A stretch of DNA of 64,000 nucleotides from an uncultured Erysipelotrichaceae bacterium (GCA_902785135.1 CACZXL010000003.1:2281-66280); one strand, 5' to 3'; numbered from the stretch's first letter, positions 12,622 through 22,581 are shown. A program made the numbers and translations. The notes: a model not told the origin generated them from the sequence alone.

Positions 12622-14091
12622 ATGAGAGAATTAAGTGAACAAGAAGTTATTAGAAGAGAGAAATTAGAAGAAATTAAAAAGGTATGTAATCCATATCCAG
12701 CAAAATATGAAAGAACACATACTCTATCAGAAGCTAAAGAATTAGAAGATGGAACTAAAGGTGTTAAAGTATGTGGAAGAATAGCTTTTGCTAGAAAAAT
12801 GGGTAAATTATCTTTTGTTAAAATTAGAAATATTGAAGATGCATTTCAATTAGAATTTAGAGTAGATTTATTAGGCGAAGAAAGATATGAATTCTTTAAA
12901 AAGTTAATTGACGGCGGAGATTTTATAGGAGCAGAAGGAGAAATATTTACAACTCAAACTGGTGAAAAAACCTTAAGAGTAGAAAAGTTTGAATTTTTAG
13001 GTAAATCACTTAGACCTCTTCCTGAAAAATTCCATGGATTAACTGATGTTGAAGCTAAATATAGAGAACGTTATGTTGATTTAATGATGAATGAAGAATC
13101 TAGAAAGATATTTGTTGGTAGAAGTAAATATTATTTCTTTGTAAGAGAATTCTTAAATAGACATGGATTCTTAGAAGTAGAAACTCCAATAGTTCAAACT
13201 TCAGTTTCAGGAGCATCAGCTAAACCTTTCTATACTCATTATAATGCACTTGATCTTGATTGTAATTTAAGAATTGCACCAGAATGTTATTTAAAAGAAT
13301 GTATAGCTGGTGGATTTGATAGAGTATATGAAGTAGCTAAATGTTTTAGAAATGAAGGTATGGATCCACAACATAATCCAGAATTTACTCAAATAGAATG
13401 GTACGCTGCTTATTGGGATTTTGAAGATAATATAAAATTCTTCCAAGATTTAATGAAAGAAAGTATGGAATTCTTAACAGGTTCTTCTGTTATAGAATAT
13501 CAAGGTAATACAATAGACTTTGGTAAAGAATGGGAAAGAATTAATTACATAGAAGCAATGAATAAAATATTAGGATTTGATTTCTTATCTGAAACTGATA
13601 TTAATGAATATAAGAATAAAGTTGTTGAAAAAGGATTCTTTAGTTTAAAAGATATGGAAGAATATAAATCTATTCCTCAATTAACAGACTTCTTATATAA
13701 AAAATTATTAAGAGCAAATATAATTGGTCCAGTAGTTATGTATAACTATCCAGCATCATTAAAACCACTTGCTAGAAGAAATGATAATGATTCTAAAGCA
13801 GTTGATTGTTTCCAAGTAGTTATTATGGGTGCTGAAATATGTAATGCATACTCAGAGTTAGTAGATCCAGCTATTCAAAGACAAACATTCGAAGATCAAC
13901 TTGCACAAAAAGAAGCAGGTGATGATGAAACTATGGATTTAGATGAAGATTATTTACTAGCTATGGAGCAAGGTATGCCACCAATTTCTGGTTTAGGATT
14001 TGGTATTGATAGATTAATGATGATTGCATATAATTTAGAAACATTAAGAGATGCAATTTTATTCCCAACTATGAAACCACAAAATCAATAG
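12622..14091 (+). CDS. lysS: Lysine--tRNA ligase (class II)
   Basis: YRERYVDL, LRIAPECYLK, FRNEG, GMPPISGLGFGIDRL. Confidence 0.97.
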   Translation: MRELSEQEVIRREKLEEIKKVCNPYPAKYERTHTLSEAKELEDGTKGVKVCGRIAFARKMGKLSFVKIRNIEDAFQLEFRVDLLGEERYEFFKKLIDGGDFIGAEGEIFTTQTGEKTLRVEKFEFLGKSLRPLPEKFHGLTDVEAKYRERYVDLMMNEESRKIFVGRSKYYFFVREFLNRHGFLEVETPIVQTSVSGASAKPFYTHYNALDLDCNLRIAPECYLKECIAGGFDRVYEVAKCFRNEGMDPQHNPEFTQIEWYAAYWDFEDNIKFFQDLMKESMEFLTGSSVIEYQGNTIDFGKEWERINYIEAMNKILGFDFLSETDINEYKNKVVEKGFFSLKDMEEYKSIPQLTDFLYKKLLRANIIGPVVMYNYPASLKPLARRNDNDSKAVDCFQVVIMGAEICNAYSELVDPAIQRQTFEDQLAQKEAGDDETMDLDEDYLLAMEQGMPPISGLGFGIDRLMMIAYNLETLRDAILFPTMKPQNQ

Positions 14092-14099
14092 GAGATTAA

Positions 14100-14690
14100 A
14101 TGCTAATATATCAAAAAGATGAAATAAAAGTATCTACTATTGAAGAAAGTGATAAAGATAAAGTATTAGAATACTTTTCAGAAAATGATTTTAATTGTGA
14201 TTTTGAAACTGGTGCATTAAGACCAACTAATCATGAATTTATTAAAATAATGGATTCTATTATTAATGATAACAAAGGCACTGATAGTATCTTGGTTCTT
14301 AAAAAGAATGATGAAGTAATAGGTTATGAGTCAATGTTTATTGAATTTGATAGATTAACAATAGGACATATAGCAGTTAAAAAGAGTGAAAGAAATCAAG
14401 GATATGGAGAATTGTTAACATCTTTAGCAATTCAAATCGCAGAGAATGATGATAGAGATGTAACTCTATATTGTGATCATTGGAATAAATATTTTAGTAA
14501 ACTAAAATTTGAATCAAAAGATGGAATTCATTATATACATAGAAATGAAGGAATAAAAAATAATACAATTCCAAAATTATTTTTGAGCATTGATGAATAT
14601 AAAGATTTTGCTGATGAAAAGAGAAAAAAAGATTTGGAAAAGTTTAATAATTTTATGAAGAAAAATAAAAAAATGTTATTAAAACTATAA
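14100..14690 (+). CDS. GNAT-family N-acetyltransferase with C-terminal extension
   Basis: Acetyl-CoA motif A IAVKKSERNQGYGELL. Confidence 0.8.
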   Translation: MLIYQKDEIKVSTIEESDKDKVLEYFSENDFNCDFETGALRPTNHEFIKIMDSIINDNKGTDSILVLKKNDEVIGYESMFIEFDRLTIGHIAVKKSERNQGYGELLTSLAIQIAENDDRDVTLYCDHWNKYFSKLKFESKDGIHYIHRNEGIKNNTIPKLFLSIDEYKDFADEKRKKDLEKFNNFMKKNKKMLLKL

Positions 14691-14720
14691 AAATAAAGAA
14701 TTAATTCTTTATTTTTTTTT
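14691..14720 (+). terminator. Intrinsic terminator
   Basis: AAATAAAGAA-ttaa-TTCTTTATTT followed by T tract. Confidence 0.7.
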
Positions 14721-14866
14721 GAAAAAAATAGGTTATAACAAGTGATTTTATGTATTTTTCTTTTATTTACAATAAAAATGTGCTATAATTCTACTAGGAG
14801 ATTAGGAGTGAGTAAAGGAAAATAGAAATTGAGTACAAGATCAAAAAATTAGGGAGGAATTAAATA

Positions 14867-16633
14867 ATGAGTAAAAAGAAAATATTTAATATAGTAACAT
14901 TTTCTATATTAGTTTTATCAATAATTCTTAGTATAGTACTAAAATCATCTAGTGTTATTAATACTATATTTAGAATTGTTGGTATAATTGATTCTGTAGT
15001 TATGGCAGTATATGCAATAGCTAAATCAGACAGATTATATAAAGTATCACTTGTTATGATTTTATTAACTGTAGCACTTAGTTACTTTATACCACAAACT
15101 TCATATCAATATGGAGTATTACAAAGAGGAGCAATTAATCCAGTTACATTAGCTGATGTATATGTTTATACAATATATAGTGCAAATGTATTTGTACCTG
15201 CATTTACTTATATATTAGCAATTGGAGCATTCTATTTTATATTAAAGAAAACAGGAAAATATGAAACATTAATTAATAATGTTGCAGCAACATTCAATAA
15301 GAATAAAGGGTTATTTATTGTACTTACAGTTTTTATTTTAGGACTAGTAACATTCTTTACTGGTGAATTCTATACTTTACTTATTTTTGTACCATTTCTT
15401 ATCTCTGTGGTTAGAAAGCTTGGTTATGGAAAAGAAACTGCAGTTTTATCTACAGTAGGAGCAATTCTATTAGGTAACGCAGGTGCTTTATTTACAGAAG
15501 ATGCTTATAATCAATATTTAATGGGAACTAACCCATATGCACAAGTTAGTCGTTCTCAAATAATGGAATTACTAAAGAATGATTTATTCAATAAAGTATT
15601 AGTAGTACTTATTGGATTAGTAGCACTAGTAGCATTTATACTAGTATTCTGTAATAAACCAGCAAATACAGATCTAAAGAAAGAAAAAGATTCAAAACTA
15701 GTACCATTACATGTTACTTTATGGTCTACATTTGTATTATTAATCTTAGGTTTTGTTAAATGGAGTGGATTATTTGGATTCACTGGATTTGATAAATTCT
15801 TAGAAACATTAAGAAAATGGACAGTTCAAAAAGTATCTATGTTCAATGCATTTGGTGGTCAAACAGTTGCAGCATTTGGAACATGGCAATTATTTAATGC
15901 ATCAGTATTATTTATATTAATTACTGTAATTATTGCATTAATATATAAAATTAAAGTTAAAGATTTTATTGAATCATATGTTGAAGGATTCAAAAAAGCA
16001 TTCCCTTATGCAGCATTTGTAGTATTAGCAATTATTGTTTTAGCAAATGTTGCTTATTCAGGAATCTATTATACATTAATAGTAGATGTAACTAGTAAAA
16101 CAGTAAATGTATTTACAACAACAATTTCAGGAATATTCGCAGCAATATTCTGTCCAGATAGTGTTAATGCAGCTCAATTCACTATTCGTATTTCTTCATT
16201 AACAAAAGCTACTGGATTCCAAAGCGTATTAACAGTTACATATCAAGCAATTTATAACTTATTCTTATTAATCTCTCCAACTAGTATTTTATTACTATTA
16301 GGATTAAGATATACAAATACAAGTTATAAAGAATGGATTAAATATATCTTCAAATTCTTCATAGTATTATTTGTTACTATTTTAGTTGTAATTACTGTTT
16401 GTTATACAGGATTAAAATTATCTAGTATAGGCGCAATAGTATTATTAGTAGGTGCTTTAGGATTAATCTCATATTTAAGAATTTCAAAAGTATCTAAAAC
16501 TGTTGTTAAGAATGAAACTAAAAAAGAAGAAAAGAAAGAAGAAAAAGTAGAAGTTAAAAAAGCTCCAGCTAAAAAGACTACTACTAAGAAAAGTCCAGCT
16601 AAAAAGACTACTAAAAAAACAAATAAAAAATAA
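14867..16633 (+). CDS. Polytopic membrane protein, YfcC/DcuC-like transporter, with Lys/Thr-rich tail
   Basis: About 14 TM segments; YILAIGAFYFILKKTG.Y and ISPTS..LL.GL.Y...SYKEW motifs resemble YfcC. Confidence 0.6.
   Translation: MSKKKIFNIVTFSILVLSIILSIVLKSSSVINTIFRIVGIIDSVVMAVYAIAKSDRLYKVSLVMILLTVALSYFIPQTSYQYGVLQRGAINPVTLADVYVYTIYSANVFVPAFTYILAIGAFYFILKKTGKYETLINNVAATFNKNKGLFIVLTVFILGLVTFFTGEFYTLLIFVPFLISVVRKLGYGKETAVLSTVGAILLGNAGALFTEDAYNQYLMGTNPYAQVSRSQIMELLKNDLFNKVLVVLIGLVALVAFILVFCNKPANTDLKKEKDSKLVPLHVTLWSTFVLLILGFVKWSGLFGFTGFDKFLETLRKWTVQKVSMFNAFGGQTVAAFGTWQLFNASVLFILITVIIALIYKIKVKDFIESYVEGFKKAFPYAAFVVLAIIVLANVAYSGIYYTLIVDVTSKTVNVFTTTISGIFAAIFCPDSVNAAQFTIRISSLTKATGFQSVLTVTYQAIYNLFLLISPTSILLLLGLRYTNTSYKEWIKYIFKFFIVLFVTILVVITVCYTGLKLSSIGAIVLLVGALGLISYLRISKVSKTVVKNETKKEEKKEEKVEVKKAPAKKTTTKKSPAKKTTKKTNKK
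16564..16613 (+). repeat. 20-bp direct repeat, period 30, encoding PAKKTT twice
   Basis: TCCAGCTAAAAAGACTACTA at 16564 and 16594. Confidence 0.85.
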
Positions 16634-16706
16634 TTCTTAATTGAATTATTTTTTTATTGACTTAATATTTTTCTATATTTATAATAAATATTACGTGAGG
16701 TGTATT

Positions 16707-16925
16707 ATGACAGAAGAATTAAGAGTAATTGATCCAAATTTTGGTGAAACAATAGAATTGTTTAGTAAAAGATTACAAAACTATAAAGGTAGTAATGCAG
16801 TAGGTATCTTTAATAATGTTATTATTCCAGTGAATATAGAAGAAGATTATTTAGAGTACTACAATAAAAAGATGAATGAAAAATTAATTCAAATGAAAAT
16901 TATATTAAAACCCACTACAAAGTAG
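16707..16925 (+). CDS. Small orphan protein (72 aa)
   Basis: Own TTGACT..TATAAT promoter and GAGGTG RBS; start moved to 16707. Confidence 0.7.
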   Translation: MTEELRVIDPNFGETIELFSKRLQNYKGSNAVGIFNNVIIPVNIEEDYLEYYNKKMNEKLIQMKIILKPTTK

Positions 16926-16936
16926 TGAGTTTTTTT
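16907..16936. terminator. Bidirectional terminator between convergent genes
   Basis: AAAACcCACTAC-aaa-GTAGTGaGTTTT. Confidence 0.7.
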
Positions 16937-17237
16937 ATTCGTATTTAGATAGTTCAATTATTAAATCATAGTTATCATCATTTGCCATTATATTCTTATG
17001 TAGTTCCTTACATTTTTCACATTTATATATAATTTTATAAGTATCTTTATACTTTTCTATAGAGATAGGTTTTAGTAGACCTCTACACTCATTAGCTCTA
17101 TCTCCAGGGAATATATCAACATGTTTAGAATATAAACAATAAGGACAATGATCTCTAGCGGTATATCCAAGTTTAGTTACTTCTTTTCCACAATTTTCAC
17201 AAATAAAGTTTTCATCAATCATATTAAATCTTTTCAT
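16935..17237 (-). CDS. RNHCP domain protein
   Basis: F.CENCG, ARDHCPYCLYSKHVD..PGDR...C.G, C.KC. Confidence 0.9.
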   Translation of the reverse strand: MKRFNMIDENFICENCGKEVTKLGYTARDHCPYCLYSKHVDIFPGDRANECRGLLKPISIEKYKDTYKIIYKCEKCKELHKNIMANDDNYDLIIELSKYE

Positions 17238-17314
17238 AATTAAATTATAGTTTATAAACGTATATTTATCAAGAAAAATATGTTATAATGTATATGTTAA
17301 GGTAGGTGAAAAAA

Positions 17315-18037
17315 ATGGAAACTAATTTTATTATTAACGATTTTGAAGGACCATTGGATTTACTTTTACACTTAATTAAGACTTCTAAGATGGATATATA
17401 TGATATATCTGTTGAAGAAATAACAAAACAATATATAGATTTTATTAATAGTCAAAAAGAAATGAATCTAACAATCGCCTCAGAATATTTAGTAATGGCG
17501 TCAGAGTTAATTGAATTAAAATCTAGAATGTTACTTCCAAGAACAGAAGAAGAAGAGGAAGAAGATCCTAGAGAAGATTTAGTAAACAGATTATTAGAAT
17601 ATCAAAAATATAAAGACATGATTGATTCATTCAAAGAATTAGAAAAGAATAGAAAAGATATATTTACTAAAGATCCAATTAATTTTAATGAATATAGTGA
17701 TACAAATATAGAAAATGATGGAAGTATAACATTAGATGATTTAGTAAATGCATTAAATAAATTTTTAGAAAGAAAAGAATTAGAAAAACCTATTTCTACT
17801 AAAATTACTAAAAAGGAAATATCTGTTCAAGATAGAACTAGAGATATTAGAAATATATTAAGTAAAAAGAAGAAAGTATCTTTCTTTGATTTATTTGAAG
17901 TAAAGACTAGAGAATATGTTGTTGTTACATTTTTATCTATTCTTGAAATGGCTAAGTTTGGTGAAATAGAAATAATACAAGAAGATAATTTTAACAATAT
18001 TATAATTAACAAAAAAGAAGGTGTAAAACATGACTAG
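17315..18037 (+). CDS. scpA: Segregation and condensation protein A
   Basis: FEGPLDLLLHLI, EYLVMASEL..LKSRMLLP, VVTFLSILEM. Confidence 0.96.
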   Translation: METNFIINDFEGPLDLLLHLIKTSKMDIYDISVEEITKQYIDFINSQKEMNLTIASEYLVMASELIELKSRMLLPRTEEEEEEDPREDLVNRLLEYQKYKDMIDSFKELEKNRKDIFTKDPINFNEYSDTNIENDGSITLDDLVNALNKFLERKELEKPISTKITKKEISVQDRTRDIRNILSKKKKVSFFDLFEVKTREYVVVTFLSILEMAKFGEIEIIQEDNFNNIIINKKEGVKHD

Positions 18038-18584
18038 TACCATAGAAGCATTATTATTTGCGGTAGGTAGTGAAGGATTAAGTTTAGAAGATTTAACAAA
18101 TATACTAGATAAAGACGCAGATGTAATAATAAAAGAACTTGATAAACTTAATGAAAAATATAGTAGTGAAGAATCAGGAATAGAATTAAAGTTATTAGGA
18201 AATTGTTATAAATTAACTACTAAAGAAAAAGAAAAAGAATACTTAAAAAAACTTGCGACTGAAACTAGTAATAATTTATCAGAAGCAGCATTAGAAACAC
18301 TTGCGATAATTGCGTATAATGAACCTATTACTAGAATGGCTATAGATGAAATAAGAGGAATTAATTCTTCTCAAATGATACGTAATTTAATCGCTAAAGG
18401 ATTAATAGAAAATGTTGGTAAAAGTGATCTTCCTGGAAGACCTAATTTATATAAGACAACAGACTTTTTCTTAGATTATTTTAATTTATCTAATATAGAT
18501 GAATTACCAGAACTTGAAGAAGAAGTAGAAGTACTAGAAGATGACGATTTATATAAATCTAAGTATAGTGAGGAAAGTGTATGA
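18030..18584 (+). CDS. scpB: Segregation and condensation protein B
   Basis: LSEAALETLAIIAYNEPITR..IDEIRG, GRP.LY.TT. Confidence 0.96.
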   Translation: MTSTIEALLFAVGSEGLSLEDLTNILDKDADVIIKELDKLNEKYSSEESGIELKLLGNCYKLTTKEKEKEYLKKLATETSNNLSEAALETLAIIAYNEPITRMAIDEIRGINSSQMIRNLIAKGLIENVGKSDLPGRPNLYKTTDFFLDYFNLSNIDELPELEEEVEVLEDDDLYKSKYSEESV

Positions 18585-19231
18585 TAGGAATAGTAGTTAC
18601 ATCCAAAATAGATTGGGATGCATTATTAAAAGTATATGATATTGATGAAGAATTTACCGAAAAATATCCATATGGAGAATATTATAGAACTACAATATAT
18701 GATAAAGAAGTTATTCTTTTTAGAACATTAGGTAGAAAGGTATTATCTTCTGGAGCGGTTCAATATATGATAGATAAATTTTCTTTTACAAAAATAGTTC
18801 ATGTTGGTACTGCTTCTGCAGTATGTGATTATGTAGATTATGGTGATATATTTATACCTAGTTCTTGTGCTGAATATGATATTACTATTAGAGAATTAGA
18901 ACCATTAATAAAAGAAAATGCAATTCTAGAGTTAGATAAAGTTAAAGTAACTATGAAATATTTTGATGGTTTATTAGGAACTAGTGATAAATCGTTAGTT
19001 ACTAATAGAGATTATCAAATGGTTAGAGAAACAGATATGGTTGCGTCTGATACTGAAGGATATGCTATCGCAAGAGTATGTAAAATGAATAATGTTAAAG
19101 TTACAATTATTAAAGGAATTAGTGATAGACCTATAGATAATAAATATGAAGAACAATATGAAGTATATGAGGAAAATGCACCTAAAGTAATAAGAGAAAT
19201 AGTAGAAAATTATTTAACTGAGGTTATATAA
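18581..19231 (+). CDS. MTA/SAH nucleosidase-like protein (PNP_UDP_1), divergent
   Basis: GRKV..S..VQYMIDKF, GTA, IIKGISD; some active-site residues atypical. Confidence 0.7.
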   Translation: MIGIVVTSKIDWDALLKVYDIDEEFTEKYPYGEYYRTTIYDKEVILFRTLGRKVLSSGAVQYMIDKFSFTKIVHVGTASAVCDYVDYGDIFIPSSCAEYDITIRELEPLIKENAILELDKVKVTMKYFDGLLGTSDKSLVTNRDYQMVRETDMVASDTEGYAIARVCKMNNVKVTIIKGISDRPIDNKYEEQYEVYEENAPKVIREIVENYLTEVI

Positions 19232-19698
19232 TGAAAAGAATATTAATAGTATTTTTAGTATTAATATTATTTTTAACAGGGTGTACTACTAATGATATAT
19301 CTAAAGAAAAAGATACATATTTAACATATATAAAAGAATTAAGAAATATAAATAAAAGTACAAAAGAAGTACCTTTTAATATAGAAGTAAGATTTGATAA
19401 AATAACTGATGATGAAATAAGATATCAAGTTGTAATTGACGAAGTTAAAGAAGATATAACTGATGTAGAAGCAATTGCGATTCATGATAAACAAACTGAT
19501 GATGTTTTCCCAAGTATAGGTATATTTGATAAAAAACAAAGATTAGAAGTAGGTAAAAAACCTAGTGGAATAATATTAGTAGGTTATATAGATTATCTAG
19601 GTAAAGTAGAAAAATTCAAATGTAATTTAAAAATATTAATAAAGTACAATACAAATGATAGAAAGAGTCATACAGTATATTATGTGACAAAAAAATAG
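19231..19698 (+). CDS. Hypothetical lipoprotein
   Basis: Lipobox LTGC. Confidence 0.75.
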   Translation: MKRILIVFLVLILFLTGCTTNDISKEKDTYLTYIKELRNINKSTKEVPFNIEVRFDKITDDEIRYQVVIDEVKEDITDVEAIAIHDKQTDDVFPSIGIFDKKQRLEVGKKPSGIILVGYIDYLGKVEKFKCNLKILIKYNTNDRKSHTVYYVTKK

Positions 19699-19731
19699 AT
19701 ATATAATTGTTATCATAAAATGGGTGATAAC

Positions 19732-19899
19732 ATGAAAGTTAAAATATTTGATGAAAGTCATGAAAAAGATTTAGAAGAAAAAATAAATGACTTTTTAAAA
19801 GAACATAAGAATATTATTGATATAAAATATCAAGTTAGTATTAGTATGTTTTCAGAAGAACAAATCTATTGTTTTTCGGCTTTAATTATGTATAAATAA
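19732..19899 (+). CDS. cse60: Sporulation protein Cse60 (DUF2758/YteV family), 55 aa
   Basis: Not in the ORF track. Reads MKVKIFDESHEKDLEEKINDFL..IDIKYQVSI..QIYCFSALIMYK; GGTGA RBS. Confidence 0.85.
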   Translation: MKVKIFDESHEKDLEEKINDFLKEHKNIIDIKYQVSISMFSEEQIYCFSALIMYK

Positions 19900-19908
19900 G
19901 AGGTGTTT

Positions 19909-21546
19909 ATGAAAAAGAATTCATTTATGCAAGGTGCGATGGTCGCAACTATTGCCATAATATTTACTAAAGTAATTGGTATATTATATGTCATTCCTTT
20001 TTATAATATTATAGGAGATAAGGGTGGAGCATTATATGGATATGCATATACAATTTATTCTACATTCTTATCTGTATCAACAGTAGGAATACCACTTGCT
20101 ATATCAAAACTTGTTAGTGAATATAATGCATTGGGCTATTATCATGCAAGAGAAAGAGTATATAAACAAGGTAAAAGAGCTATAACAGCTTTTGCATTAT
20201 TAGTATTTATATTATTAGTTGTATTTGCAGAACCAATAGCTAAAGCTATATTAGGTGATATAAAAGGTGGAAATACAATACAAGATATAACATTTGTTAT
20301 TAGAGTAATAGCAACTGCTTTATTAGTTATACCTTCTTTATCTATATCAAGAGGTTACTTACAAGGAAATAAATTTATAACTTCTCCTTCAATAAGTCAG
20401 GTAGTTGAACAATTATTTAGAGTTATTGTAGTAGTAGTAGGAAGTTATGTGATGCTTAAGATTACAGGTAATGTAACACATGCTGTTTCAGTTGCGTGTT
20501 TTGGTGCGACTATCGGTGGATTAATCGCATATTTCTATTTAAAATATAAAATAGTAAAGAATAAAAAAGAGTTTATTCCTAAAACAAAAGAAACAGAAGA
20601 AGAAAAGAAAATCACTACTAAAGAAATATGGACTAAGATATTTAAATATGCATTCCCATTTGTAATGATTGATGTAGTAGGTAATGCATGTATGTTAATT
20701 AATATGTTTACTGTTGTTAAAATACTAGTTAATTATTGTAATTTTAGTGTAACTGATGCAGAAACTGTTATGAGTTCTTTAACAACATGGGGTAGTAAAT
20801 TATGTATGATAGTTAGTGCTATAGCAACAGGATTAGTTGTTAGTTTACTTCCAAATATAACTGATAGTTATGTTAGAAAAGATAAAAAGACAGTAACAAA
20901 ATATATTAATAATTCTTATGAAATGCTTCTTTATTTAGCTATTCCTATGACTTTAGGTTTATCATTTTTAGCTAAACCAGTATGGGAAATATTTTATAGT
21001 AATCATGGTCTTGCAGCAGAAGTATTTACCATTTTTATATTTAATGGTTTAACATCTAGTTTATATACAGTTACATTAACTATAATGCAATCTATTGATA
21101 AATATAAGGTTGTATTTGTATGTTTATTTATAGAAGTTTTAACTAAGTTAGTACTTCAATATCCGTTGATGATACTTGCATATAAATTAGGAATAGGTGC
21201 ATACTGCGGTAACATTGCCGCAACTTTAATTGCGACTATGTCTACAGTAATAATTTCTATTATCTATATGAAAACTAAGATGAAAATAAGTTTAAGAATA
21301 TCATTTGTTAGTACTTTAAAAATAACAATTGCGTCATTATTAATGTATTTAGCGTTAATGGTTTTAAATGAATTTGTACCTGTTGTAGTAGATGGTAGAT
21401 TAAATGCTATATTAATTGTGGCATTATATACATTTGTTGGTGGATTATTATATTTTGTTATTACTTATAAATCTTTATTTAAAAATATATTTGGAGAAGA
21501 AATAATTAATAAAATATTTAAAAAGTTTAAGAAAAACAATTCCTAA
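19909..21546 (+). CDS. murJ: MurJ/YtgP (SpoVB-family) polysaccharide or lipid II flippase
   Basis: KVIGILYVIPF, GIPLAISKLVSEY, RGYLQG, SQVVEQLFRV; about 14 TM segments. Confidence 0.8.
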   Translation: MKKNSFMQGAMVATIAIIFTKVIGILYVIPFYNIIGDKGGALYGYAYTIYSTFLSVSTVGIPLAISKLVSEYNALGYYHARERVYKQGKRAITAFALLVFILLVVFAEPIAKAILGDIKGGNTIQDITFVIRVIATALLVIPSLSISRGYLQGNKFITSPSISQVVEQLFRVIVVVVGSYVMLKITGNVTHAVSVACFGATIGGLIAYFYLKYKIVKNKKEFIPKTKETEEEKKITTKEIWTKIFKYAFPFVMIDVVGNACMLINMFTVVKILVNYCNFSVTDAETVMSSLTTWGSKLCMIVSAIATGLVVSLLPNITDSYVRKDKKTVTKYINNSYEMLLYLAIPMTLGLSFLAKPVWEIFYSNHGLAAEVFTIFIFNGLTSSLYTVTLTIMQSIDKYKVVFVCLFIEVLTKLVLQYPLMILAYKLGIGAYCGNIAATLIATMSTVIISIIYMKTKMKISLRISFVSTLKITIASLLMYLALMVLNEFVPVVVDGRLNAILIVALYTFVGGLLYFVITYKSLFKNIFGEEIINKIFKKFKKNNS

Positions 21547-21560
21547 TGGAATTGTTTTTT
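21533..21560. terminator. Bidirectional terminator
   Basis: AAAACAATTCC-taat-GGAATTGTTTT. Confidence 0.75.
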
Positions 21561-21801
21561 ATAACATTGAGTTTTGATAAGATCTATTATAAGAATTATA
21601 ATCAATCGCTTGAGGATACATATTTCCTTCTAATTTAGATAATCTAGCTTGTAAATTATTAACTTCGTTTTCTAACTTTGTAATTCTATTATCGTTATTT
21701 AATGAACATTGATTGTTATTATAATATGGATACATCATAGGAACATTAGGTGTAAAATTCATCATATTATAACTTTCAAAACCTGGGGTGTTCATTTTCA
21801 T
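21559..21801 (-). CDS. Small Asn/Tyr/Met-rich coiled-coil protein, possibly spore-associated
   Basis: Strong AGGAGG RBS; RITKLENEVNNLQARLSKLE heptads; upstream CATATATT -10-like box. Confidence 0.7.
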   Translation of the reverse strand: MKMNTPGFESYNMMNFTPNVPMMYPYYNNNQCSLNNDNRITKLENEVNNLQARLSKLEGNMYPQAIDYNSYNRSYQNSML

Positions 21802-21891
21802 TCCTCCTTTTTTCTTTCTAAATTAATATATGCATTTGACTTATATGTGTTACTAATATATAATACATTTCATCGAAAAAAGGTGAATTAT

Positions 21892-22581
21892 ATGGAATAT
21901 TTAAACTGTGGGATGAATGAGAAGACAGACTATGAATTTGCTAAGCCAATAGAGTGTTCTATTACTGATAAAGATAAACTTGAGAAATATGGTTGGTTAT
22001 TTTTAAAACTACAGTTATATACTATGTATAGAGATAAGTTTTTTGTGCCATTTGGTATTAGAAGAGAATATTCAAATATTAGATATGATGAAGAAAGTAA
22101 GAATAATGTTTATATAGATGAAAATATAAATATAGTATTTAAATTATTATCAGATATAATCAGCGCAAGTAATAATAAAGAAGAAAAAAGAATAAAAAAA
22201 GAATTAACAAGTAAAAAAAGATTTCATAAATGCCATGAGGCATCTATGAATTTTGCTTTGAAAGATGACTCCGATTCAGTTTTTGTTCTTACAGGTTATG
22301 TTCCATCTATTGATGAAGAATTATTACATTCAGTTGTAGAAATAGATATACTTAATAAAAAATATATAATAGATTATACTCAAAATATTGTTATGAAAAA
22401 AGAAGATTACTTTGAAATAAATCAATTTAGACAAATATCTAAAGTATCTAGTAAGACTATAAAAGAGGATGCCAAAATTATAGATGAGTTACAAATACCG
22501 CATCCATATTATTTATTATTTAGAGATGAAATAATGAAAGATTTAAATAAGAATAAAAAGTCATTAAAACTAGAAGACTAG
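21892..22581 (+). CDS. Orphan protein with putative Cys-His-Asp (papain/transglutaminase-like) triad
   Basis: AGGTGA RBS at ATG 21892; KCHEAS, LLHSVVE, IIDYTQN. Confidence 0.65.
   Translation: MEYLNCGMNEKTDYEFAKPIECSITDKDKLEKYGWLFLKLQLYTMYRDKFFVPFGIRREYSNIRYDEESKNNVYIDENINIVFKLLSDIISASNNKEEKRIKKELTSKKRFHKCHEASMNFALKDDSDSVFVLTGYVPSIDEELLHSVVEIDILNKKYIIDYTQNIVMKKEDYFEINQFRQISKVSSKTIKEDAKIIDELQIPHPYYLLFRDEIMKDLNKNKKSLKLED

Noticed and set aside
21709-21891. Long N-terminal extension of the 21709 ORF, and similar extensions at 5937, 7550, 16641, 35296, 35749, 58630
   Set aside because: They overlap promoters, terminators or opposite genes; downstream ATGs have proper SD sequences.
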